Shown piece by piece: positions 52,435 through 64,000 of a stretch of DNA of 64,000 nucleotides (within the stretch, counting starts at the first letter, position 1; each line of letters starts with the position of its first letter). This DNA is from Octopus vulgaris (lineage: Eukaryota). A program made the translations under genes and the position numbers. The notes below the pieces were generated by a model. The model was not told the DNA's origin. It saw only the letters and a program-made list of their open reading frames with translations, and searched no databases. Where the stretch lies: NCBI GenBank assembly GCA_951406725.2, contig OX597815.1, positions 169,632,001-169,696,000 of the forward strand, given 5' to 3'.

Positions 52435-52700
52435 AAATCCCCTTCATTGGAGCTTGTATAGCAACAACGATAATTGAGACATAACTAACTTTAAGAAAGT
52501 CTTGCATATTTTTACTGTTCCACTTATGGATTGTATCTGTAAAGTTCATGGTCTCTTTATTTGCTTGGAAATCATTGTTTTTTCAATATCGTCTCTTAAG
52601 CATTTACAAGCACAACTAGAATACAACGTAATTCACTTTATATTTTATCCCTTGTGGAATCTGCTTCAAATAGAGTCTCACATGTATTTCTTATTCAACA
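52435..52700 (-). mobile_element. RLE (R4/NeSL-type) LINE extreme 3' fragment
   Basis: Minus strand LQIQSISGTVKICKTFLK, homologous to about 33145-33020. Confidence 0.6.
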
Positions 52701-52811
52701 AAATGAGCATATGACTATTTATACACACCTGAAACTTATAGTCGAGACAAAAATTATTTTCTTCGTTAGATATCTTTCTTATTTATTTTAAAACATAAAG
52801 CTGTTCATAAC

Positions 52812-53045
52812 ATATTTCTTTATTACCCACAAGGGGCTAAACACAGAGGGGACAAACAAGGACAGACAAATGGATTAAGTCGATTATATCGACCCCAGTG
52901 CGTAACTGGTACTTATTTAATCGACCTCGAAAGGATGAAAGGCAAAGTCGACCTCGGCGGAATTTGAACTCAGAACGTAACGGCTGACGAAATACGGCTA
53001 CGCATTTCGCCCGGCGTGCTAACGGTTCTGCCAGCTCGACGCCTT
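52812..53045 (-). mobile_element. SINE-B full length (tail type 1)
   Basis: Colinear with 16074-16310. TSD ttcataac at 52804-52811 and 53046-53053. Confidence 0.92.
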
Positions 53046-53423
53046 TTCATAACCGTTTATCTTTATACGAACGACCATTCTTAGAATGCTACGAACGACT
53101 GATTCAGTATCTGTAGTTGATGAAGCGTAAGGACGCAGAAATGCATGCGTCCAACGGTCTGATGATGCTAATTCCTAAGTCAATGATGTGTTCTCATGCA
53201 TTGTCAATGAAGACAATTTTGTCTTTTATCCTTTTCTTTTTAACTTTTTGTATTTGTGATGGAGTGCAACTATGCTATGTTATCATTTTCTGCTGTTTAG
53301 ACGAACAAATCAAACTCAATACTTATTTTTCAAGTCTGGTACTAATTTTATTGGTGTCTTTTGCCGAACATGGACGAAAACAATTCAACACCCGTTGTAT
53401 AAGGGTGGAAGGGAGAACAAATA

Positions 53424-53477
<54 letters not shown>

Positions 53478-53505
53478 TGTGTATGTATGTGTGTGTGAAT
53501 GTATA

Positions 53506-53903
53506 CTCTCTTTTACTCTTTTACTTGTTTCAGTCATTTGACTGAGGCCATGCTGGAGTACCGCCATTAATCGAGCAACTCGACCCCGGGACTTATTCTT
53601 TTGTAAGCCCAGTACTTATTCTATCGGTCTCTTTTGCCGAACCGCTAAGTTACGGGGACGTAAACACACCAGCATCGGTTGTCAAGCAATGCTAGGGAGA
53701 CAAACACAGCAGACACACAAACACACACATACATATATACATATATACGACAGGCTTCTTTCAGTTTCCGTCTACCAAATCCACTCACAAGGCATTGGTC
53801 GGCCCGGGGCTATAGCAGAAGACACTTGCCCAAGATGCCATGCAGTGGGACTGAACCCGGGACCATGTGGTTGGTTAGCAAGCTACTTACCACGCAGCCA
53901 CTC
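53506..53903 (-). mobile_element. SINE-A near full length
   Basis: Reverse complement of the 20512-20932 type. Confidence 0.92.
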
Positions 53904-53961
53904 GTATATGTGTGTGTGTATGTGTCTATTTATTCATACATATGTGTGTGTATATATATGC

Positions 53962-54050
<89 letters not shown>

Positions 54051-54347
54051 CGATGGGCTCCTACACAATTTTCGCATGCCAAATACACTCGCAAGGTATT
54101 GGTGACACCCGGGTTATAATAGAAGGTACTTGTCCAAGGTGCCACGATGTGGAAATGAACCTGAAGCCACGTGGGTTCCAAAAGCAAGCTTTTTAACCCC
54201 ACAGCCAAGCTCACGCTATGTAGAAATAAAAGCGAGGTGTTTAGTAACAGCCGAAACATGCAGGCATTTCTACACGTCTGAAAGAAAGCTTCGAAACTTT
54301 CTCACTTTTATGCATTCTAAAATGAACAACACACACATATATACACA

Positions 54348-55388
54348 ATGGGTGTGGGGGATGACCTTTTTAACTGGTTGAAATCCTTCATCCTCAGCCG
54401 AAAGGAGGTAGTCACAGTTCTAGGACAGCACTCTACACCATATGAGATGTCATCGGGTGTACCACAGGGATCTGTCCTTGGTCCCCTCTTGTTTGTGGCA
54501 TACATTAACGACATAGATGCCAATTTAAAGAATGCCACAGTATTGAAATATGCAGACGACATCAAGCTGTACCTTGAAATCAAGAGGACAGATCCTGATG
54601 TCTACAACTCTTTCCTGCAATCAGACCTAGACACAATGCAGCAATGGATCACAGACTGGCAACTGAAACTGGCTGTGGACAAGTGTACCACCATGCATTT
54701 TGGGAGAAAAAACCCTGCGTTCACATACTCCCTCCACAACACTGATATCAAGAAATCCTCTTGTGAGCGTGACCTAGGCATCACTGTCAGCAGTGATTTG
54801 CGTTGGTCAAAGCATATCTCTAAGATTGTCAGGAAGGCCGAGGGTGTCTTGGCATCACTCAGCAGGTCTTTTGTTAGCCGCTCTCCAGCCATCTATTTAA
54901 AACTGTATACAGCTATGGTACGACCACACTTGGAATTCGCATCATCAGTTTGGAACCCCTATCTTGCACAGAACATTGACCTCCTGGAATCTGTCCAGAG
55001 ACGTGCAACCAAACGCATACCCTCCATCAGACACCTACCATATTCTGAGCGCCTTGTTTCCCTGGGCATGGATTCACTGAAGCTCCGGCGTTTGGCGACG
55101 GACTTGGTAAACACCCACAAAGTTATCAACCACCTCACCAACAACAACACTGAACACCTTTTTGATCTCCATGTGTCTAACACACGTGGACATGCCTACA
55201 AAGTCAGAAAACAATACAGCTCCCATGACTTTCGGAAACATTTTTCACGCTCAGAGTTGCTGAAGCATGGAATAAACTGCCTGCGTCAGTTGTTGACTGC
55301 CATGACACTGCATCTTTTAAGGCCCTCATGCTTTCCGAAATCCGCCGAAACTACACCTGATTATATATACACTTTAGATGAGTTGTAG
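54348..55388 (+). pseudogene. Partial LINE reverse transcriptase, frameshifted near the C-terminus
   Basis: SGVPQGSVLGPLLF, KYADD, ERDLG, VRPHLEFASSVWNP, LESVQRRATK, NTRGH; frame lost after FRKHF. Confidence 0.9.
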
Positions 55389-55426
55389 TGCACCTGAGCA
55401 CTGTACACAATTATTATTATTATTAT
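54348..55426 (+). mobile_element. 5'-truncated CR1-group LINE (second family)
   Basis: RT C-terminal half, 3' hairpin agtgc-acctga-gcact and (TAT)n tail. TSD tatacaca at 54340-54347 and 55427-55434. Confidence 0.92.
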
Positions 55427-55904
55427 TATACACATTCACATCCATATTTATAAATGTAAATATACAATTACATTTGTACTCTTAGTTTACAATTACTAAT
55501 TAGATTACAATCGCTAATTACTTTACAATCGCTAATTTGCACATGGAAATTACGGGTATATTTTAACCCGGACAAAACAGATTATGGGCAGGTGCATTAT
55601 GTAATGTGAAATCATCTTAACTAGTTAGCTTCAACTGATTTCATTTATAGACCAAATTTTATAAAAAGAGTTATGTCCCTTGTCTACACAAAGCGCAGTC
55701 ATTCACCTTTGAGTGATTCGAGTCTACGTCATTGTCAGTGTATGCCTACGTACACTCGCCCGCGCAAGCACACCCACACACATATAGACACGTAAAAAAA
55801 AAGAAGAAAAACCATCATAAAAGACACACATACACACACGCAAATCTTTATTTCCCCTCTGCAATTATGTTTAAGTTTTCTGTGGGAGTAATTTTTTTTA
55901 ACTT

Positions 55905-56158
55905 TCTATTTTCAACTCGTTTCAGTCACTGCTTCAATGCTTTTAGCCGAACGACTCAACTCAGTACTTATTTGTTTTTAAAAACCCGGTAGTTATTCTA
56001 TTACTTTAGGCGAACCGCTAAGTTATGTGGACGTAAGCAAACCAGTACCGCTTGTCAGGCGGTTGTGGGGGTACAAAATTGCGCGCACACACATACACAC
56101 ACAAACACATACGTTCGCACTCATATATATATAGCGGCGTACGCACACTTTGGTCTCA

Positions 56159-56194
<36 letters not shown>

Positions 56195-56216
56195 TGTATG
56201 TATGTATGTATGTATG

Positions 56217-56264
<48 letters not shown>

Positions 56265-56505
56265 CATACGTACATACATACATACATAAATTCATACATA
56301 CAAAAATTCATACATACATACATACATACATACATACATGCATACATACATACATACATACATACACACAATGGGCTTCTTTCAGTGTTCGTCTATCATT
56401 TCCACTCACAAAGCTTTGCTCGGTTCGAGGCTGTAACAGAAAATACCATCCGTAGGTATCATGCAGTGAGACTGAACCTGGAACCATGTGGTTGGGAAGC
56501 CAACT
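55905..56505 (-). mobile_element. SINE-A old copy with about 250-bp expanded internal microsatellite
   Basis: Tail cgtttcagtcactg, body cgaaccgctaagttatgtggacgtaa, head gactgaacctggaaccatgtggttgggaagc. Confidence 0.75.
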
Positions 56506-57319
56506 CATGTACCTATATAATTTGTGTACCCTTTTACTTTTTGGAAAAATCTTATTTTTACTTCTAAGAATAAACTCTGGAATCTTTTAATCGTTAGACC
56601 ATCACATTATTTATTACTAAAGACTTGTAAAGGATTTTCTCAAAAGAGAAAATCTGAACGAATTTACCCGTTACCAAAATTGCATGTCATGATTTGAGAA
56701 TCAACTTCACAGACATTTCATTAAGAAATAACTTAATTTCGTTTGAACTAAAAGAGCTCCCTGTATGCTTCCTGCTATGTAACCCTACCCAAGCTCATAA
56801 GTTATGCAAGTAAATACGAACATAATTAACTATTTAATTAGGAAATATAGTTATAAAAAGGGTGAAACCTGAGCAATGCGACACGTTGCCAAATATAGCA
56901 GGGTTTTACACCATGACGAATTTCTGGGATTAATTACAAAACCGCGTGTGTGTTACAAAAGCAAGAATAAGCAGAGGGTGATTTCAGTTCACGTCTTACA
57001 GTCTATAAGCACATAAGACATATTACGCTTCACTAACAGCCTCTGCCTGTGAGTTCGGTCGTAGTCAATAGCATATAAAGAGAGAGATTTTGTGAGCTAA
57101 ACGTCTGGCTGACTTGTTTTTGGCAAACTACAACAGGTATAGGGAGCTTTCTGTGTTATATAATCGATTAAAACAACGATTACGGGACATTTTCGTTGAA
57201 GCATGATGCAATAATAATGCGTGATTGGATAGAATATTTGTATGAGAGTAATTTTAATTGACTTTAACTACTGTCCAGCGTTGCAAAGTAATAGGAACGG
57301 TAAAATGTGTATTTTAATG

Positions 57320-57570
57320 AGAAAACACACGCACACACATAAACTCACACACATACATACACACACACACAAACATGATTATGTATGTATGTTTGTGTGT
57401 ATGTGTGTGTGCGTATGTATATATATGAATATGTATTTGTATCTATGAGTGTGCGGTGTGCGTGTGTGTGAACATATATATATATACATACATACATGCA
57501 TAGCTACATACATACAAACATACATACATACACACACACACACATATACTTACATACATATATACATACG

Positions 57571-57640
<70 letters not shown>

Positions 57641-57671
57641 AATATCTATATATATATACACATACATACGT

Positions 57672-57734
<63 letters not shown>

Positions 57735-58322
57735 TGTATATATATATATATGCATGTATATATACATACACACTCACATACATACAGAAACAGTCTCTGT
57801 ATTTCTCTCTCAGATACATACATACATACATACATACATACATACATACATACATGCATACATACATACATACATACATTATGGTGTTTAGCATTGATCC
57901 AATCTTCACCGGAGTAACGAGAACCAGCCTGGTTCAGTTACAGCTCTATCTATTTCCAGTTGTCTGAATCTTGCACTGGACCCAGGGTGGGAGGGTCATG
58001 TGTGTAAGCGCGCGCGTGTTCATTTGCGTGCATGGAATGACATGGGCGGAGCATAGTGCATATTACCAAATCATATTTGCTTGCGTTTCACTCTCAGTTA
58101 CGTAAGTATGTGTGTATGTATGTATGTATGTATGTATGTATGTATGTATGTATGTATGTATGTATGTATGTATGTATGTATGTATGCATGCATGCATGCA
58201 TGCATGTATGTATGCATGTATGTATGTATGTACGTATGAATGTATGCATGTATGCATGTATGTATGCATGTATGTATATATGAATCTGAACGTATATGTA
58301 TATGTATGTCCATATATTCATA

Positions 58323-58370
<48 letters not shown>
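57320..58370. repeat. Microsatellite field with short unique spacer (about 57880-58100)
   Basis: Directly visible. Confidence 0.9.
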
Positions 58371-58373
<3 letters not shown>

Positions 58374-58526
58374 TTAATAAGGGTGAGAGAATTAGATACT
58401 AATTTAATAGTATATTTATTCCACACCAAGTGGCCTAGTGCTACGAGAAACCTGGATTATTATAATATTTTATAACATATTATAATATTTTCACAAAATA
58501 AATATAAGAGAGTGTTCACTATATTG

Positions 58527-58557
<31 letters not shown>

Positions 58558-58566
58558 TATATATAT

Positions 58567-58696
58567 GGAGGTTAGTGCGTATATCAGGTTCTCCGAGGCA
58601 CAGGTGAAGTTGCTTTTCACTGTGAAATGTTGTCCCTGTTTGAAGGAGAACTCTGATCCCTCAATTAGATAATCGCATATCCCACAATTGGGATAC
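58567..58696 (-). mobile_element. Penelope-like (Neptune-type) fragment: Cys-rich linker + start of GIY-YIG
   Basis: PNCGICDYLIEGSEFSFKQGQHFTVKSNFTCASENLIYALT (CxxC..F.VK..FTC.S.N.IY), isolated between (TA)n tracts. Confidence 0.75.
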
Positions 58697-58726
58697 GTAT
58701 ATATCTGCATATACATACGTATGTAT

Positions 58727-58817
<91 letters not shown>

Positions 58818-59490
58818 CATATATACATATACATGCATACATACACACACACACACACATATACATATGTATACATACATTCTTACCTACATACATATAC
58901 ACATACACAAACACTCTTCCCACCAACACACGCGTTTGCGCAGCAAATACATACAAGCTTACACAAAATCCTACGCGTTATACTTTAATGCCTATAGTCA
59001 TTGGTCTTGAATTCTTTGAATTCTTTGAACTCCACGACATGCTAGAAATAACAATTCGATTACATAAACTATAGTACTTGTCTGCCACTATGTTTTATCG
59101 ACCTCGAAAATATGATAGAAAAAGTTGATCTCAACTCGATTTGAACTCGGAATGTAAAGGTGCGGAAGAAATACTGCTTAGCATTTTGTCTGAGATACTT
59201 GAAAGGTAAAAAAAAAAACGAAAAAAAAACGAGGTTTTTAAAATGATAAATATGACATTTTTGTTGGCACCTCAGCTACACATAAGGTCTTAATCGCTTC
59301 ACAGATACGTGATATCTTTTCCCCACCTTCCTCTCTCTACGACTGTGAAGTTTGAGAAAAGAGCGGCCAAATTGCCATTATGGATCTGAGAGCGCGTGTT
59401 GAAACTGAAACGATTACAGGAAGGGAGACACATGTTAGTCATTCAGAAATATACAAAGGCTGTTAACGTCACTTAAACATTTATTATTTG

Positions 59491-59555
<65 letters not shown>

Positions 59556-59692
59556 AGTGCATTAGATCACACACACACACACACACACAACAATCCAGTG
59601 GTATATATGTGTGTGCGTGTGTGTTCCCGAGCGTCAAACTAAAACACCTGCTTGTTGTTTGTGCACCTGTCTTCGTCTTTTGTTTTTCTACA

Positions 59693-59738
<46 letters not shown>

Positions 59739-59799
59739 GAAAAGCTTCCATCTGTTCGTGTATGCTTGTCTATAAATATATTTATTATATATAAATAAT

Positions 59800-60206
59800 G
59801 TTTTCTACTCTAGGCACAAGACCCAAAATTTTTGGGAGAGGGGGTGGGAAGTCGTTTAGATCTACCCCAGTACGCAACTGGTATATAATTTATCAACCCG
59901 AAAGGATGAAAGGTAAAGTCGACCTCGGCGGAATATGAACTCAGAACGTAACGGCAGACGAAATACCTATTTCTTTATTACCAACAAGGGGCTAAACATA
60001 GAGGGGACAAACAAGGACAGACAAAGGGATTAAGTCGATTACATCGACCCAGTGCGTAACTGGTACTTAATTTATCGTCCCCGAAAGGGATGAAAGGCAA
60101 AGTCGACCTCGGCAGAATTTGAACTCAGAACGTAGCGGCAGACGAAATACGGCTACGCATTTTCACCCGGCGTGCTAACGTTTCTGCCAGCTCGCCGCCT
60201 TCTATC
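59800..60206 (-). mobile_element. SINE-B dimer (full type-1 monomer fused to a 5'-truncated type-3 monomer)
   Basis: Junction gacgaaatac|ctatttctttatt at about 59958-59980. Outer direct repeat atatataaataat at 59787-59799 and 60207-60219. Confidence 0.88.
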
Positions 60207-60239
60207 ATATATAAATAATACCATACAAAGCTTTCATTT

Positions 60240-60432
60240 AACAGAATCATTACTACGCCGGGTAAAAGGCTTAGCTGCAATTCGTCCGTCTTTATATCCC
60301 GAGTTCAAATTCCGCCGAGGTCGACACTACTTATCATCTCTTCGAGATCGATAAAATAAGTACCAGCTGGATCCTAGGGTCGATGTAATCGACATACACC
60401 ACGCCTTTCGGACTTGCTGGCCTTGTGGCAAA
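60240..60432 (+). mobile_element. SINE-B degenerate (tail type 2)
   Basis: gagttcaaattccgccgaggtcgac..gataaaataagtaccag..gctggccttgtggcaaaa. Confidence 0.78.
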
Positions 60433-60902
60433 AAATTAATATTCTGATGGTATAAAGAATTCTTAAGCTTGTCAAATACAATGACGAAGAAGGAGGAATT
60501 GTATGGACTGAAAACTCTGTTCTATTGTCATATTAATAAAGAGATTGGAAAACAAAGAATTTCATTAATATGCATGCAAAATATGAATCTATCAACATTT
60601 GTGATCTATATGTGATTATACATGAAGAAAATCTATAGTTATTTCCCCTGCGTGTATGTGTACGTCTGCGTGAGCGAGCGCCCTCACTCGATGTCTTTGA
60701 TCACTCACTCACTCACTCACTCACTCACTCACTCATTCAATCAATCAATCTTTCTGTCTGCATGTGTGCCCCCGTGTCTGTCTAAGTGCCCGCCTGTCTG
60801 TAATATACATTCACACACACATTATTTAAATATACGTGCATGTATACATACATTTTTCATGCACACACACACACACGTTTATAAAATACATATACATATA
60901 TA

Positions 60903-61272
60903 GGCGCAGGCTTGGCTGTGTGGTAAGTAGCTCGCTTACCAACCACATGGTTCCAGGTTCAGTCCCACTACGTGGCACCTTCGGCTAGTGTCTTCTACTA
61001 TAGCCTCGGGCCGACCAAAGCCTTGTGAGTGGATTTGCTAGACGTAAACTGAAAGAAGCTCGTCGTATATATGTATATGTGTATATATGTGTGTGTGTCT
61101 GTGTTTGCCCGCCCATCATCGTTTGACAACCGATGTTGGTGTGTTTAGCGGTTCAGCAAAAGGAGCCGATAGATTAAGTACTAGGCTCACAAAGAATAAG
61201 TCCTGAGGTCGATTTGTTCAACTAATGGCGATGCTCCAGTATGGCCGCAGTCAAATGACTGAAATAAAAGAA
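60903..61272 (+). mobile_element. SINE-A full length
   Basis: Colinear; tail hairpin at 61248-61261. Confidence 0.92.
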
Positions 61273-61337
61273 TACATACATACATATTTGAATGCCACGT
61301 GTGTGTATATGCATTCACACATGCATACATACACTTT

Positions 61338-61389
<52 letters not shown>

Positions 61390-61391
61390 AG

Positions 61392-61533
61392 GGGCTTCTT
61401 TCAGTTTCTGTCTATCAAATCCACTCTCAAGGCTTTAGTCGGCCCGCGGCTATAGTAGAAGACACTTGCTCAAGGTGCCACGCAGTGGGACTGAACCCAG
61501 AAGCATGTGGTTGGGAAGCAAGCTTCTTACCAC
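61392..61533 (-). mobile_element. SINE-A 5' half
   Basis: Reverse complement of the head; faces the 60903 copy. Confidence 0.85.
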
Positions 61534-61602
61534 ACTGCCGTTCCGATACATACATTATGTACATACATATAGAAATAAAAGATCGCCATCGAAAACCACC
61601 CT

Positions 61603-61637
<35 letters not shown>

Positions 61638-62719
61638 CACGCACGCACATACTCACACGTGCAATGATCGTATTAAATCACATATTTTAGGTGTGCTATT
61701 GCAAAGAAAACAATTTCGTGTTCACAATTTTTGGCTTCATTTTCAAAGAAATATTTTCCGCAGATAAAAATCATTACAAACGAGAAAACATGAAAAGTTC
61801 TCTCCCTTGCATCATGCGTTTAAATCTTCCAGAGACTTGGAAAATTTTTGATGATTTATCGCGCGTTGAAAAATGTGTTGTTGGTTTTGTCGAAATTTTA
61901 AAGCCCGATAATTTCTATTCAAGTTGTTTTACATTCCTATAAAATCGAGGTTATAAAAACCATTGGTAAAGTATGTTTTTGAAAATAATTTTTATGAGTT
62001 ATATTTTATGCTGAGTTCCAGTTCTTTCGTTTCATATATTTGTAATTTGTAAATAAAACGAAATAAAACACACGCTTTGACATACACACAAACGCACAAA
62101 TACATTCACACAAACCTGCATATATACGCTCGCAAGCACACACGCGGGCACATACATACATACATACATACATACATACATACATACATACATACATACA
62201 TACATACATACATACATACATTCATCCATACATACATATACGTACGTACACATGATGCGCAACACATGTTTGTATGTATGTATGTATGTATGCATAAATA
62301 CACACACACACACACAGACATATACACACACTCTCACACACAGACAGTCACACAGACAGACAGATAGACACACATAACTATCTCTCTGTAACACACACAC
62401 ATGCACTCTCTCTCTTTCACACACATATGAATATACGTACGTGTATGCATGATTATATACGTGTGAGTATGTGTGAGTATTTATGTACATATGTATGTAT
62501 GCGTATATATACATGTGTTTGTGTGCATGTGTTTTTGCGCACGCGTGTGCATGTTTGTGCGTGTATTTGTGTTCGTGTTTGTACGTGTATTTTGGCACAA
62601 AATAGCGTTCCTCCTTGTCGCACTCAACCTTAGCGTACAGGCTAAGGGCCCAAACCCTACTGACAATACGGAAGGTTTTAAGAGTTTACAACATCAAGAT
62701 GGATTTAGAAGAGCTTACA

Positions 62720-63060
62720 AAACCTCTGAATATTTCCTGCAGTGTTTGCACTTGGAAAAGTATTTCCGAGGTTTATTTCAACTTCCTGTGAGTATTTTTG
62801 TTGTAAGGCACACGAAATCTATATTCCCTCCAAGTTCTATGTTCTTTACTGAGCTGGGTGCCTCTGCACTTTTCGTTGCCCCATTTCATAAATGAAAATA
62901 TGAACATGATAAAACAGAGGAAAAATGGTCTAAAAACGCAAGACAAATATGGACCACTTTTACGCAGGAAAATTCTAATGCATGTATTTTTGTTATAAAC
63001 TGAACTCTGTTAAAGATCACGCAAGGATCATCTGACGATGTGAAACCGGTTGAGACATTG
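62720..63060 (+). mobile_element. Possible highly degenerate Penelope-like 3' end
   Basis: QLPVS..FVAPFHK..DKYGPLL resemble Neptune GIY-YIG C-terminal motifs. Followed by ctgacga-tgt-gaaaccggt (63032-63050), a hammerhead-core-like string. Confidence 0.35.
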
Positions 63061-63357
63061 TGTCCATAGTACACACATATATGTTCACATATGTATCACA
63101 CATAAATGTAGCACATATCCGTATCATTACATTCTTAAAAGTTAGTAGGAAAGCAAATCTAACAGCATTTAATCATGTAAAGCAGGGGCATACATCACTG
63201 GGTCGCCAGCCAGTATCGGATCAAGGATCATTTGGTACTGGGCTGCACAGAAAGAATAAATTTTATAAATTTTATTTTTATTTTATTCACTGTCGCAATC
63301 TGCAGGGTGTTTTTGCATTACATGTGTAATATATATAAGTAATAGTTAAATTATATA

Positions 63358-63571
63358 TTGATTTTAAATTTTGGCACGAGGACAGCAATTTCGGATACGG
63401 GCGTAAGTCGATTATATCGACCCCAGAACTCAACTAGTACTTATTTCATCGACCCCGAAAGGGACGAAAAACAAAGTCGACCTCAGCGGAATTTGAAGTC
63501 AAAACATAAAGAAGGACGAAATGCCGTTAAACATTTTGTACACTGCACTAACGCTTCTACCGACTTGCCGC
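63358..63571 (-). mobile_element. SINE-B degenerate (tail type 2)
   Basis: aaattttggcacgagg tail and atcgaccccgaaagg..aaagtcgacctcagcggaatttgaa core. Confidence 0.8.
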
Positions 63572-63848
63572 TATATATTATACGCTTTATTGAGTTTGTT
63601 ATGCGCGTGATCCCCCAATCTGTGGAAAAATAGTCTTGCATGCAACCAGTTCTTGGTGCAAGATGGTTGGGGAAAAAGAACCATTTCGTGAAACGCAGCC
63701 AGCAGTCACCGCCGAACGTGTATGGCCTGGTAAAGTGTACCGTGTCTTCGTTAATTGTTTTAGATGCTTGTGTAGTCATGAGCACACGTCGACGCACTTT
63801 CGGCTTCTTCAACCTTGAACCTAGTTGGACATCCAAGATATGACAACT

Positions 63849-63897
<49 letters not shown>

Positions 63898-63948
63898 AGA
63901 GAGAGAGAGAGGGGAGAGAGAGAGAGAGACAGAGAGAGAGACAGAGAG
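63849..63948. repeat. (GA)n microsatellite
   Basis: Directly visible. Confidence 0.95.
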
Positions 63949-64000
63949 CTGTACCAGTATCCAGTTGGTACTTATTTACAACCGAATAGACTGGAGCAAT

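Overview
AT-rich, microsatellite-dense eukaryotic non-coding DNA. The SINE/LINE/Penelope repertoire and extreme (TA)n/(TACA)n/(TCTA)n load suggest a coleoid cephalopod, most likely Octopus (inference). No host protein-coding gene can be supported, and nearly all ORFs in the track are translations of simple repeats. Content: one young 5'-truncated CR1/L2-group LINE with an uninterrupted 805-aa ORF2 (9485-12029), two more CR1-group copies, fragments of RTE, Tx1/L1 and R4/NeSL-type (RLE) LINEs, several Penelope-like (GIY-YIG) relics, more than 35 tRNA-derived SINE copies from about five modular families, and mariner/Tc1, Merlin-like and piggyBac-like MITEs. The most notable signal is a Penelope-like element carrying a tRNA-like Pol III head and a minimal hammerhead ribozyme in its 3' region (37257-37760). 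A non-autonomous derivative containing only tRNA head + hammerhead + inverted tail is inserted with a 13-bp TSD at 32239-32603. Other points of interest: visible LINE-SINE tail partnerships (CR1 with SINE-A via a covarying hairpin; Tx1 with SINE-B), a candidate HDV-like ribozyme fold and a ~400-bp-arm inverted repeat. Family labels SINE-A to SINE-E are my own working names. All calls come from reading the sequence by eye; no searches were run.
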